64,000 bases of DNA from Eledone cirrhosa (GCA_964016885.1 OZ024740.1:401946001-402010000), one strand, 5' to 3'; shown: positions 1 to 14,569, counted from the first letter of the stretch. Translations and numbers: made by a program. The notes: generated by a model from the sequence alone, not told the origin.

Positions 1-91
1 CACTTGCATGTTAATTTCATGAGCAGACCATCCGTTACCATATCATTCATCGCCATAATCGACGGAGTGTCAGTTTTATATATATATATAT

Positions 92-733
92 AAGGAGAAT
101 AGAAATGACTGTGTAGTTGCTATTTAAGGTAACTTAAAATGCTGTGGGAATACAAAGAAAGCACGAACGGGGGGGGGGGGGAGTTTTCCTCATCAGTTGT
201 CTACTGGGGGTCTAGGATATTTCTACGCTTTAAAGACAAGATACCACTTCACCTCAGGGCGTCAATAACTGGATAAGTTATTGGGAAAATGAAGGAAGGA
301 GGGAAGGAAAGCAAAGGGGAAGAAAAGAGAAACTAACAAAACAGCGAAAAAAACAAATACACAAACCGAGCAATGTGCGAGCAACTCGAGGAAGGAAATC
401 CAAGAACACTCGATAAAAGAACTTAAGTTCAAGACCGAGTAATCGAGAGAAAAGACACACGTCCTATTGCCGCAGTTGTGAGTGATAAGAGAACTGCTAA
501 ACGTCAGACGAGGGGGTGAGTGTGAGAGGGAGAAAGGGAGAGAAAGAAAGTGGGGTAACTCTTTTCTTCCCCTTTGCTGTCCTTCCCTCCTTCCTTCGTT
601 TTCCCAATAACTTATTGACGCCCTGGGGTGAAGTGGTATCTTGTCTTTAAAGCGTAGAAATATCCCAGACCCCAGTAGACAACTGATGAGGACCCCCGCC
701 CCCGCCCTGTTCTTGCTTTCTTCGTATTCCCAC
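92..733. mobile_element. Short (TA)n-flanked element with inverted arms (PLE pseudo-LTR-like remnant)
   Basis: About 145-310 is the approximate reverse complement of about 580-733 (e.g. aaagacaagataccacttcac / gtgaagtggtatcttgtcttt); both outer ends abut TA runs. Confidence 0.55.
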
Positions 734-750
734 TATATATATATATATAT

Positions 751-784
<34 letters not shown>

Positions 785-940
785 GTAGAACATTGGAGGG
801 TTATATCCGTAGTAGTAGAGCACTCAGTCCATTGGACGAGTTTGGTAGACGTAGTTCCACAACAGTTAGTTCACCATACCGAGAACAAATGTTTCACCTT
901 ATGTGGAACTAAATCTATCTATCTATCTCTCTCTATATAT

Positions 941-1145
941 ATATTTATTAAAATAACAGATTAAAGTTTAAGCAAAGAATCGCTGGTTTGACCCTTAACG
1001 GGATCTTAAGGGTGAAAGCAGCGATTCTTTGCTTAAACTTTAATCTGTTATTTTAATAAATATTTGCTCTAGCGTTCTTATATATTTGATATAAATTTAT
1101 CCTTATCGAGCCCTCTTTGGATTTTAGTCTTCAAATTTATTATTA

Positions 1146-1150
<5 letters not shown>
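941..1150. mobile_element. Fold-back (TA)n-inserted element; related copies at 46341-46512 and 51668-51840
   Basis: Near-perfect palindrome 941-1063 (loop cgggatc 999-1005); tail gagccctctttggattttagtcttcaa shared with the other two copies. Confidence 0.7.
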
Positions 1151-1219
<69 letters not shown>

Positions 1220-2179
1220 GTAATAATAATAATATATATATATATATATATAAATGGGGGGGGGGGCATGACACCGTTTATAGCAATCTTTTTTCATACA
1301 TGTATAAACAATGAAACAATTAGATTAATTAACTTACATTTGTCAGTTGACAACATTTCTTAGATAGAACCCATATTTGGTAGAAAAAATATCAATCCCA
1401 CAAGGGAAATAAGTAACCTTACTAGTGTCGACATTTCTAATTTGAACAGAAAATGACGCCTGTAAATACCTGTAACTTGCCCGGCACTATCAATTCTGCC
1501 ACCCACTGTTCTTTCTAATAATTGTTTCTAACTATGAAAAAGGAACAACATTTTTGTTATGGATTAATTGAGTAAATCGAATTCAATTTTTTGGTTGTAC
1601 AATATTTTATCAACTCCGGAAAATGAACGGTAAAAAATGACCTCGGTGGTTTTCGACCCAGATCGTAAAGAGCCGGAATAGCTACAGCATGGCATTTTGC
1701 CGACGTTAACAATTTTACTATACTACCACAATTGATTTACTTAATAATTGTTTCGACTTTTAGCACAAGGCCAGCAATTACCCCAGTGCATTACTGGTAT
1801 TTTATTTTATCGATCCCTTTCAAGGCAAAGTCAACCTCGACGGGATTTACTTAATAATGGTGATTGGTTCTCATTTCGACACAAAGTCAACAGTTCTGAG
1901 TAAGGAAAAAGTCGACTAAATCCACTCCAATAATTGACTGGCCCACTTTTTATCAAGCCAGGCGTAGCTAATCATGGTGATATTTGGACTCAACGTAAAA
2001 AGACCTAACACAAAAGCGTAAGGCATTCTCTGAGCGCTTTTCCGATTCTGCCCCACACCAAAATAATTAAATCTACTTTTTCGAGAACAGTGTTACTTAA
2101 TGATGTAATGTCTGTTGCTTGTTCTAAGTGGATGGTTATGTATTTGGTTTTCTTGTTATTTAGGAAGAGTTTCATGGCT

Positions 2180-3215
2180 TGAGTAGAAGCACCTAACTAA
2201 TGTAAGATATACTCTGTCCTACTCCTTGAATCTACACATAAGACGATGTTATCGGTGACTTCCAAATCTACTAGGTGTTACGATGGATGTCTCGTGTATC
2301 TACGCTATTGAAGAGAGAAGCCATCAAAATTCATTAACAGAAACACGTAGGGCATAGTCAAATACGATGATAAATGAATACTGAACGAACAGATCACCTT
2401 GAAGTAAACCTATGACTACCTGAAAGAAGTCAGATTCTCTTTATGGTGTCGGAACCGAAACGAAATTGTTTTCATACATAATCCTGATTCAATTTTCTAG
2501 TTTGAGAGAAATACCGTGGGCACGTAAAACTTCAAACATACGTTCACGGTTAATGCTATCAGAAGTTTTTCTAAAGTCTACAAAGGTCAATAAGGCTTCC
2601 TTTTGATGATTACCTAGTTCTTCGACCAGACGGCAGGAGGCCATAATCTGTGATGATGTAGACGTAGAAGACCTAAATCCATTTTGGTTTGGGCATAGGA
2701 TTTTTTGGGTTCTGGTTGAAGACTAGTCATGATAAGCCGATTATAAATTTTGGCAACCAACAGTGTCAGACTTATTCTATGATAATTGTCTAGTTTCCTA
2801 AGATCGCCTTTTGGGGGAATAGGTACTATTGCGGAATTACCCCATTCTTCTGGTCAGTTTTCGTTAAATTTCTCATTTCAGAAGTGCAGTTGGAGTATTT
2901 TAATTTTCCATAATTCTAGCGGAGGAACATTTAGGCTTGGTGCTTTTTTGTTTTTCATCTGACTTTTAAATTCACCCAGAGAGAAATCCTCAACAGGTCT
3001 TGACATTGTATAAACGTTCGACCGTGAATTCGTCGTTTATTATGCTGTTATTATTCATCAGTGCTTCGAAATAATTTTTCCAAGTATTCAGACATTTGCC
3101 ACCCTCAATAAATGTGACCCTCGAATTCTTTTTACCTGATGATTTTTCAATGAATTTCCAATGAATTTCCATACAAGAATTTCATTGAAATCAGCACTGA
3201 GATAGGATGGAAAAA
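2180..3215 (-). mobile_element. Decayed non-LTR retrotransposon RT (RTE-like) fragment
   Basis: Minus-strand translation gives IVPIPQKGDLRKLDNYHRISLTLLVAKIYNRL, LTFVDFRKTSDSINR and GLLQGDLFVQYSFIIVFDYALR (non-LTR RT motifs), with stops and frameshifts. Confidence 0.75.
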
Positions 3216-6200
3216 TGCCCCCCCAATCAAAACTCTTGTTTTCAGAACCATATTCAGTAACTATAGCTCGCTGCAATGTCTTACAATCTAAGGTTACGGA
3301 CATACAAACTAACCAACAACCTCTACAAAAACTGTATTGCGAGGAGGAAGACGAAACAATCAATATCCTCCTCAACTCCTTCGACAATTCCAGGGCTACT
3401 GACAACACTACTACTAGTAGTATTAATAATAATGTTTCTCCCCACATTTCGAACTGTGTAACACTATCGACATATTATCAACATTATTGGTTGTTAATGA
3501 ATTATTTTGGCATAGAGACGTGATAAATATTAATGATTCTTCTGGAATAACAAGCTGATAATTGTTAAACGAGGGTTGCATTTTACTATACAGCAAACTA
3601 CAACTATGCAATAGGTGTGAGATTATCTTCTGGCACAATTACGTGTTAGATGATAATTTAGTTAGTTTGACATGGGAAATTGATATCTTGCTAATGAAAC
3701 TTCCTGCCACTGTTGATGAACGATTTTTCTTATATCATGGACGGCAAAACGATCTTGACTAATGACATAAATACCCGGACAAAGCTGCTATAGTGCTTCT
3801 CTTATTTTTCGTGTCTTCATAATTATTTGAAACAGTATATTGACATAACTGGGTAGTAATAACACGTGTTGTAGTTGAGATGCTTTTGTTTTTGTAATCG
3901 TTATTCTTTGTGGTGGCGTGAGTGTTAGTTGTTTAATAGATGGTAGTGTTGGTGGTATTGTTATTGATGGTGGTGGTTGTAATGAGTGTTGTTGTCGCTT
4001 TGGTTGCCGTCGTAATTATTCTTTTGCTGATGGCAATAAAGTAGCTACTGCTGTTGCTCTTTAGCACTAGATTAGCTCTGAATAAACAAATTCCTTTCAA
4101 CCAAGGCCATTCTGTTTTTTTTCCCATGCATATCTTGTGAAGGATTACATTATTTTATATGTATTTTATCTTTTAATAGCAGTATGATGTGATATGTTCT
4201 GAATGTGGCTGGTATTTCCAGCTGCTAAAATGACCATGAATTTGGAGTAAATATCAATGATGGTTGTGGTGTGGGATTATTTTTCTTTTCTAAACTATGT
4301 TATTGCAAACAAAGTGGGATGCAAAACTAAATCAAAAAGAAGAAATGTCTTATAATCTTAAATCATCGTAGTTTGGTTTTTGTGTCTGTAATTATTCATC
4401 AGAATCAAGCTTGCCCGGCGTTGAATGACCCTGATGTTCCACTCATCTCGATAGTATGAGAGAACGGATCTCGGTAATATCAAATATAATCTGATAGATG
4501 GTCGATGTACATTTTCGCGGAGTGACTTCTTCAATAGCATCTACACTCTACAAAAGACAGATTATGCGATAAGCTACCTAAGGTATCGAGAAAGTCTCCG
4601 CTTCGTTAGAAACAGTTAGAGAGGTAAGATGAACTTGGTTAGTGACCCTTCTTTAGGCCCCACTCCATGTGGAAGCTACCATCTAAGTAATGATCATCAG
4701 TAGAATGTACTTCTATTCTAATCGTATATCTTTGGCCAAGAAAGTGATGTACACCTCTCCGTACATCCTTGTGCACCATGCTGACTTTCATTTCGGGCTT
4801 GCATGAACACAACAGGTTGATACGATTTGTCACTCTTAATGTTTAGAACAGAAAACCCTCTCTGACGACCTGGTTAAATGTTGGCAGAAGTTGAGTGTTT
4901 TAATCAATTTCCCTCATTTTAGCTTGTGAAACTGCAGTTAAAGGGAAATAATTCATTAAGCCCTAGGTATTTAAATTGCTTAACAATGAATTTTGCCTCT
5001 GAGATGATACGCGTACAGGGTTCCTTTATTCTAAGGCACTCTAAAGTGAAGTTCCCTGTAGTCAATTCTGAAACGTATTTGATATATATATATATTTGTA
5101 TTTATAAGCTCCTCTAAATCATGTTCTAAGCGTTATTATTCATTCATATGTAATGTATATTACTGACTATTTTATATATATATAAATTAGTCAGTAATAT
5201 TCATTATATCACAATGAATAATATCGTATATATATATATCGTATATATATATATACACACACACAAAGAGGGAAAGTTAGATAACTAATTAAGTAAAGAT
5301 ATAGATAAATATATGCAACTAGATGTATCTTGGTGTGTTAATTTTAACACCGAATTTAAAGAGATGGAGAAAGATTACATTCCTAAATATCATTACATCG
5401 TGATACAAAAAAAAGAAAGGATTATCCTTCACGAGGAAAACAAATTTATACTTACAGAATTGGTTTTGGAGGTAAATAATGAGATCCTATTGTGGGTTGA
5501 TTAAATTTGGCTGATAGTATTAGCATATAGAACAACCGCATACTAGAACCCTCGTTGACACTACAATTGCTACATCAGTCTATATATATTTCTGCGTAGT
5601 TATATATGTGTTAAAGTGTGTTTCTCCTCAAACATCCATGTTTTTCATATATTTCTTCATATGTTATAAGATTTTTTTCTTTTTCGCCTCTATATGTATG
5701 TTTGTGTAGAAAAGCATCAAATTGAATTTTGTGATTTTAATTATCAGCCAGACAAAATACAGACTCACTTGGCCTAAAACATACTATTTCTCTATTTCAC
5801 CATACCTCATGTTAACCTCGTCAACTTAAAATCTATATTTCATACCAAATACCCATAAATAAATTCCACACTTTATACATCAATATGGAAAGAAATAATT
5901 ATATGAATAAATAAATCAATATATCAGATATATGCAAACAAAGAGTAACATATGTATAAATAGATATAAAAGCGTTATATATATATATATATATATATAT
6001 GAATGTATGTATATATAATATGCAAAAGTCTAGTTATTGATGAAATGTGGAATTTTAAAGACAAAATTAAAAGCAGACATTAGTCTACAACATTTAACCT
6101 ATTAAGAACAACCAATATCGATCTTCCTTTTTATTAATATTAATTCTACATATTAACCAGTCTTTGGACCATTGTAAATCGTCGTTGGAACGCAGGAACG

Positions 6201-7344
6201 AACACACACAAAAACTAGATATATACGCACATCTTGCGTACACTCGTTTTCTGTCTGTGTCTGTGCGTGTGAATGTTTGAGTGTAAATGTACTCATACAG
6301 ATTTTCACATATACAGACATATACATTCGGAGCCAGAGAAACAAACAAAGAAGCATTCAGGAACACCGAAGAAGAACAGATTATAAAAACAAGAAAAAGG
6401 AAATAAAGATAGGGAACAAGAAAATCGAACAACAACAATAATATCAAAACAGAGGCATCTGAAAATGAGGAAAAGAAGTTGGTTGATAACGGCGATAAAT
6501 GCAACAATAGTGAGAATTGCTAGAGATAGTTGTTGCCACGTCTGAGTGTGTCTGATTTCCGTTTAAGGCCAAATACTAAACAACAAAAAAAAAAGCAGAA
6601 AAGGCAAAAATGTAAGAAAGCAAAAAGTAAGCTACCCAAAATAGAATAAAAAATAACGTAAAATAAATGGAGAGGGAGAAATGGCCGTTAAATAATAGTT
6701 TCTCTAATGTCATCTAACGAAGCCGATCTGTGTTCAATGACAAGCGCCATCTTGGCACGAACAACTGACCCGGGCGGAAGCAAAGTTGATAAGGCTCAAA
6801 TGACTCGTTAAATAAATTCAGCAAATCTCTAGAAAATCAGATCTTTTTTTTTTATCTTCTTCACTTCGCTAAGAACTACGTCGTCCATTTTATATAGCTC
6901 CTTTCCTTCTGTTTCTGTTGTTTATCATATTTTTTTACTCTTGTTCTTTCCCACCTCTCTTAGGATATCCATTTTGCGTCTTTCTTGTTCGTTTTTTTTC
7001 TTCTCTATGTTATCTTCACTTTCTTAATATCTTTTGTTCTATCTCGCCTTTTCTTTCTTTCACATTTCCATTTCTTCTTAACCACCATTCCATCTTTCCT
7101 TTATCCACTTCACTCAGTCATTCATTATATTATTCCTGTTCATCACCCTGCATCTCACACACTCTCTCTCACTCTTCCCCTTACTCTCTCTCTGTCACTC
7201 TCTCTTCCCCTTATTCTCTCTCTCTCTTCCCCTTACTCTCTTTCATCTTTCTTTTCATTTCGATTAACTTCAATCCTCTCCCAATGTTCTGCCAAGTTCA
7301 GTTTTCATCCCTCCCTTTTCTCACAATCTATCTATCTATCTATG

Positions 7345-7423
<79 letters not shown>

Positions 7424-7478
7424 ATATCTATCTATCTACCTACACACACAGACACACACACGCACACATATATATATA

Positions 7479-7551
<73 letters not shown>

Positions 7552-8605
7552 CTTAATAGCTATATGCTCAAACACACACACACACACATACACACACACG
7601 TATATATAAATATTTATATATATATGTCTGTCTACATATCTATATACCTTTCGACGTACCTATCTAACCAAATAAACTGTTTCACCATGTCATCAATAAT
7701 TGGCCTACTTCTGCTAAAGTTTGTATCAGTTTCTCTCTCTCCCCTTCTCTCCCCTTCTCTTTGTCTCTCTCTCCCTCTCTTTCACACACATTCTTTCTTT
7801 CTCTTCGTTTCCCTCATTTATCAATCTTTGTCTACTTCTACAAAAATGTATCTTTCCCTTTCTCTGTTCTCCTCTATTTTCCCTGTCCCCTCTCTCTCTC
7901 CTTCCCTTTCACCCCCATCCCCCCTCTCTCTCACCCTGTGTAAACTACTTCATTTACTCGTCTTCCTTTCTCTACGTTTGTTAAATTTATCAGTACTCAG
8001 ACCCCTTCTTCCAATACTATTTCCACTCTATCTCTCACTCCTTCTTTCGTTATCGTTATTCTCCCTCTCTCACGTTGTATATATCTATCTATTTATAACT
8101 CACGTTGTTCTGTATTTATCAGTATAATTTGTTTACTTTCTCCGTCCCTTTCATTTATCTCCTTTAGTCTCTCTATTTCTTCCCTTCCATCTTTATCTTT
8201 CAGTCATTCCCCCATCACCATCATGTTTTCTTCTATAATATTAGGTCTCTGTCCTTTCTCTCTATTATTCCCCGTTATAAACAAACACGCTTCCCTTACA
8301 TACAAGACATATGGCCATTTTTTCCTCCTTGATCTTATGTTGTGGAGATCAAGATCGAAGTAGCAACATAATTGGCAAGAACCACTAGAACACCAGAATG
8401 GTAGGCCCCAAAACACTAGAGTTATACTACTTTTGGAGATTTCTGTTTCATTCAATTACACAGTCATCGGCACCATCGTCATCGGCATCATCGTTATCAT
8501 CAATACCATCTCCTCGTCCTTCTTTTCTTTTCAAATTCTCCGCCTCATCAGAAGCATCTTTTAATTCGTTCCTGTCTCTCCTTCTCTCTCATATACTTCC
8601 AGTAT

Positions 8606-8700
8606 CTTCTTCTTCTTCTTCTTCTTCTTCTTCTTCTTCTTCTTCTTCTTCTTCTTCTTCTTCTTCGTCGTCGTCGTTGTCGTCGTCGTCGTCGTCGTCG
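8606..8700. repeat. (TCT)n/(TCG)n trinucleotide microsatellite
   Basis: Directly visible; explains the poly-S and poly-R ORFs. Confidence 0.95.
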
Positions 8701-8702
8701 TA

Positions 8703-8928
8703 TTGTCAGTATCGGTAAAGCGTCGGACAACGTGATTTGCGGCATAGAGTTATGGGCCTCCACGTTCTGTTTTCAAATCCCACCGAGATTAACTTTGCTT
8801 TTCATCCTTACGGGGGTTGGTAAAATAAAGCACCAGTAATACACTGGGGTCGATTTGATCGACTTTACCTTCCCCTTAAAATTGCTGGCCCTGTGCCTAA
8901 AGTAGAAACAATTATTATTATTATTATT
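8703..8928 (+). mobile_element. SINE family A, 5'-truncated copy with (ATT)n tail
   Basis: Shares actttgc..ttcatcc..cgggg..gataaaataaag.accagta and aattgctggcc..gtgcc.aaagtagaaac with 14570, 27612 and 60582. Confidence 0.8.
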
Positions 8929-8929
8929 G

Positions 8930-10330
8930 TTTATTCGCTCAGCTTCTAATGCTGGAGATGTATTTCTGTGTTAGCTGTTCACTACCAGTAAACTGAGGTT
9001 TCACCCCTTATTTTTTGAGTACCCTCCGGAGTATTGGAACTGTTCCAAGCAATGCTGTTTTTGATAAGGTTTCCATCCGTATTGCATTCCCTATTTGTTT
9101 AATGTATTTCTCAAGATCTTAACTCACTGTTCCCAAGATTCCAAATATTATTGGTATTAGCACCACTTTTTTCTCCCGAGTTCACCTGTCATATCGATCA
9201 CCCCCCCCCCCTATTTATCGCATAGCATGTTATTAGCTTTTTGCTTTCTTTCTCAATCAATACGATCTTGCCTTCTGTTTTCAACCTCATGCGCACACTA
9301 TACCACAAATTGCTACAGGATCATTGCATCATTTTCTATAAGGCCCTCGGTGTTATGTTCGTTCTGACTTTCTCACTATCAAGTACATATTTGTCACAAA
9401 GTGGCAATGTACTATCCTTGTTTTGATCTCGTGACGTCACTTATATTCTTTCTGAGCTAGAAGTGTGGATTGAGTGGTAATATGCCATACAGTTTCTCCA
9501 TTTATACCACAAATTCTCCATCACTTTCCACTGTGTGGTCTACTCTATGCTTGATATAGGTAATTTCTAGTGCTTATTCTTGAGCAGCACAGATTAAGGC
9601 TACTCTTTCCAGTTTCGACCTGAGAATAATTCTTAGTCTGCATTTGTATTCCACTCCACATTTTTTAAATTTCTTCCTGCATTAACTTATCAACATCCAA
9701 TATCCCTGTATACTTATAACCTTCCTCATTTATTTGCTTCATAACCTTTCGTGATGACAGCACCAACGCCATAATGCTTTTAATTTTGCCTCTCTTCAAG
9801 TTTAATACACGATACGTTTTTAATCCGAACACCATTCTGATGTCAGCACTAAATTTATATACCGTATCTTCAAGGGAACCAAACTGGGATTGTTACCGTA
9901 AAGCTTGAGGTCGTCCATGGCTAATTTTTGCTGGCGACCTTTGAATTTATACCTAGCCTTAGCTTTTCTCAAAACCATTGTCAGTAGTATCCTGCAGAGA
10001 ATAAACATCAGTGGTGGCAGGCTGTCCTCTTGGAATATACAGCTTTTGATTTCTATCGTTTTAAAATTTCTTTCATATGCTGACAGTTCAGTCTTCCATT
10101 CTTTCATACTTTTTTTAAAGAATCATTCAACATTTGAGGCAACACCAAATACGTTAACGGATTCCATAATCTAAGAATGTGGAATCATGTCATAGGATTT
10201 GCGGTAATCGATCCACGACACGATCAAGTTGGTTTTCCTCCTCTTGTTATACTTAAATATAGTTTTACCTATCAAAAGCTGGTCGTTTGTACTTCTGCAC
10301 CATTTCTTCTCATCTGATAGAACTCTATTT
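8930..10330 (-). mobile_element. Decayed R4/Dong-like non-LTR retrotransposon, 3' half
   Basis: Minus strand gives IFQEDSLPPLMF, MDDLKLYG, ICAAQE*AL and QKTALLGTVPILRR; the 3' end abuts a (TAA)n tract. Confidence 0.7.
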
Positions 10331-10344
10331 ATTATTGGAGGGGC

Positions 10345-10920
10345 AAATCCATGTCGTTCACCGGCGTCTTATGGCACTGGACTGACAGAGTGGGGTTTGT
10401 TTCGGACCAGACCTCCACGTGGATAAGAATTTTGACGAGGGTAGCCACTCTCAACCAAAAATGGGCCTAGAGGAAGTTGTCTCTGAAAGGTCGGGTGAAG
10501 GTGGCGAATGTGTACATCGCATCTGTCGTCTACTACCACCAAACAGTCATGCTTGCTTCCGTTGGGGCCTCGTCAAACTAAAGCGGCTCCTCTTCAACTT
10601 CTTGTGGAGGGGACAGGTTCCGTTGATGAGGCGTTCCATCTGCTGCCAGAACCCTCTACGTGGAGGGCTGGGCATGGCCAATGATGCGCAAACATGCCTA
10701 AACGTTGAACAGGTGTGGTCGCCATTTGTCCGACAGGCCTTTCCGCAGCTCGTCTGTGGGTCAAGCAGAGACCGTCACAGGGCGCCTGACATCTGGAATG
10801 TTACCAAGATCTCTCTGGCTTCTACCAGGCTCTCGAGTTCTATAGAGGATTAGTGGTGGAAAGTGCGACGATGCATTTGGAGGAGCTCTGGGCGTCGAGC
10901 AAGTCGAATTGACCAGTCTG
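10345..10920 (+). mobile_element. Decayed Tx1/L1-like LINE fragment (post-RT region)
   Basis: LSLKGRVKVANVYIASVVYY followed by KLKRLLFNFLWRG..RRSICCQNPLRGGLGM, typical of L1/Tx1 ORF2 after the RT. Confidence 0.7.
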
Positions 10921-10929
10921 AAGTCCGCG

Positions 10930-11130
10930 AAATCCAGTAAAAGCAGCGGTATAACTGTCTATCCATTTCTAGCTCTGGATTTCACCTAGACAGTGCTTCC
11001 CCATGCTTTCTGCTATAACTTGAAACAGGCGAAAATACATATGTTCAGCTGTGTAGATGGGATAGTTAGCATCATTTGCATATGAAGCTGTATAAGTTGA
11101 CTCAACTTAAATGTAGAATTAGTTTCGGCA
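10930..11130 (-). mobile_element. Degenerate copy of the 320-bp octamer/HHR element
   Basis: catttgcatatgaagctg.ataagttg.ctcaactta is shared with 25488-25524; the HHR core is decayed. Confidence 0.6.
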
Positions 11131-11810
11131 TACATGTATACATACATGCATGTGAATCTAAATTTTAAAAATTTCCACAAAAACAAATTTCGGTTTATTT
11201 CGATGGGATAATCATATCAACACTACATTGAGTATCAAAAGTCCTACCATAATAGAGTAGAATATAAGTGTGTTTATATATATATATAGTCGGAATATAT
11301 ATAGTTTTATGTTAGTCATGGCAATAGTCTGGTGGTGTAGCTTATTACTCAATGGGGTCGCAGCCGTTGCAGATAATAATGAATATTGTTTAATGCCTAT
11401 CTATATACAGAAACTGCGTAATTTGACGGCCGCCGCTAGAAAAATTCCGTCTCCTCCCTATACTCATATTTAGAACGAGTTAGGGGTTGGGAAAGATGGA
11501 TGATGGCTGAGGTTGGGTTTATGGAGGATGTCGTAGTTCTAGTATAAACATTTAGTTCATGACTGGCTTTGTTTTTAGGAATGGATTAATCACGAGTTCG
11601 AAATTCGATGGTCTTATCCACTAGATGACTTTCTTAATGTTAGCGTTAATTTCTCTATGTATTATTTACGTTTAATGCATTCAATAATGAGCTTTATTAT
11701 TCTAGTTATATCTACATTCAGATTTATGTATTTGAGGGTCCTACTTGCTTATTAGCATACACACACACATACAAACATACATACAAACACACACACACTC
11801 ACTCACACAC

Positions 11811-11862
<52 letters not shown>

Positions 11863-12150
11863 CGGCGATGAATTAGTTTTGCGAGGTTATTAACCTAAGA
11901 GAAGTATAAATAAATAAATAAATACGTACACAAGCACAATAACAACAAACACATATAAACACACACTAGTAAACTAAGATAGAATACAATAACCAATATA
12001 CAGTCACCCAAACACGAACACACATCAAACAAAACACTAGACACACACGCAAACGCATGCGCAGAGAAGACAAAAAAAAAATAAATAAAAATAAACAGAC
12101 TAAATAAAGATGGCGTAGGCATACAATACAACGGGAGGAAACATAAAAGC

Positions 12151-12192
12151 ACCACTGACGATGTTGCAGATGTGCAACGAAAGAACTTTGTT
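12151..12192 (+). ncRNA. Type I hammerhead ribozyme motif (weak stem I)
   Basis: acca CTGACGA t-gttgca-gatg-tgcaac GAAA gaac TT tgtt; homologous to 57176. Confidence 0.55.
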
Positions 12193-12378
12193 AGACTATA
12201 TATATGTGTTTGTATCTATATTGTATCTGTATTTTTGACCGTTGGTCAGTCAATGGTAACATTGAGGACTGAATAAATTAAATTAACCGATATAAAAGAC
12301 ACAGAAGCGAAAACCACCAAAACAGTGAGTGTGTTCTGTTATTAATTCTGGCAATATTATTACACAAATATGACCCTC

Positions 12379-12436
<58 letters not shown>

Positions 12437-12469
12437 ATATGTAGAGAGAGGAGAGAGAGAGAGAGAGTT

Positions 12470-12684
12470 GATCGACGAGACCCTAGACCTCGTTCGCTTA
12501 ACGTGTGGCGTCGATCTCGTTAAATCGGAGCGAGGAAATATCGGTCTTTCCATATATAACTCAGTCGCCCAGGAAGAAGGAGCAACGTGAAATAACGTGT
12601 CTTGCTCAAAGACCCTGTCCGGGAATCGAAATCACAACCTCATGATTGCAAATCCAATTCTCTAACCACTTAGTCACATGCCTT
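12470..12684 (-). mobile_element. tRNA-derived SINE family B
   Basis: Reverse-complement homolog of 52246-52470 (A/B boxes, ttgagcaagacac). Confidence 0.8.
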
Positions 12685-12705
12685 GACACACACACGCACA
12701 CACAC

Positions 12706-12755
<50 letters not shown>

Positions 12756-12765
12756 GTGTGTGTGC

Positions 12766-13301
<536 letters not shown>

Positions 13302-14177
13302 ATAAACTCATATATATATATATATATATACATATATGTACATAATATATATGTATATACATACACACAGACACACACACACATATATATATATATATGT
13401 GTGTGTATGTATATACATATTATATGTGTATATATATATATATTATGTACATATATGTATATCTAAGAATACCTATATACATACAGATATATATATATAC
13501 ATACAGACATATATATATATACATACAGATATATATATGTATAAATACATACATGTGTTCATACGCATATATACTCATGCACGACGGCAACAGACACACA
13601 TGCACCAACGCATATCATTTACACCGTGAAAGAAGTATTTTTGTTATTTAAGAACACACGAATGCTGTGTTCATTTTCTGTATATATCATCAGGTGTTAA
13701 AATGTTCGTCGCCTTTCTACGACCTGGTCACTGGCACAACTCCAGGTCATCTGATATATTAATAGATATATATATAGAAAAATAAACAACATACACAGAC
13801 GTATAGTTATTTAATCGTATACACAGAGATACGTAAGTGTAATTATATTTTAAGTGTCAGTTCTGTATTTATTAGCATATTTCTGAAAGAGCATATATAT
13901 ATATATATCGCTCATGCACGAAAGGAGATACAGAATACACACAACATATATAGACAGCGACATATATGTATATGTGCTTGTGTGTCAATGTAGAGTTATT
14001 GTATATATTTGTATGCATTAATATATATTTATTTTTCCACGTGCATGTATTTCTTTCTCTTGTTGGTAATATGAAGTTTATATATATAAAATATTACTAT
14101 GGTCAAATTACGTTTCAGTTGGAACAAAAGCAAATATTGATAGTTGTATTGGAAAGAATTCATTGGTGATGTATTTC

Positions 14178-14216
<39 letters not shown>

Positions 14217-14569
14217 GTGAAATTTTAGTAAGTAAGTTAATTTTTATAATTTTCTTATTTTACGTCTCTCATATTATTGTTCTGCATCCCTATGCATTGA
14301 ACCACAAAGTTACTAAGACAAAACCTATATATTTGCTGGCATAGGTATGCATCTGTATATATATGTTAGTAGATATACTAATTCTTTATATATATATATA
14401 TATATAATCATCACCATCAGGTCAAGCTTGCTCAGCTTTCTACGACACGTTTCCTCCATCCATCTCTGTCTATTATAGCGTTTGCCAGTTCTTCCGCAGT
14501 GCATCCAGTATCGTCTTCAAGTTGCTTGACGTATGTCTTCTTGGGACGACCAGTGATTATATATACATA

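Noticed and set aside
675-700. CTGATGAGG as an HHR core
   Set aside because: No correctly positioned GAAA or stem II/III in either arm
1338-1460. Minus-strand AG...GTAAGT exon-like segment
   Set aside because: Stops in all three frames; no recognisable protein
4360-4830. Possible further LINE fragment
   Set aside because: Only vague resemblance to RTE motifs; too decayed to call
6158-6172. Minus-strand MVQRL + GT, matching the start of ribosomal protein L34
   Set aside because: Only five codons, a weak donor and no further RPL34 exon visible
8398-8763. Poly-Ser / poly-Arg (protamine-like) ORFs
   Set aside because: Produced by a (TCT)n(TCG)n microsatellite running into a SINE
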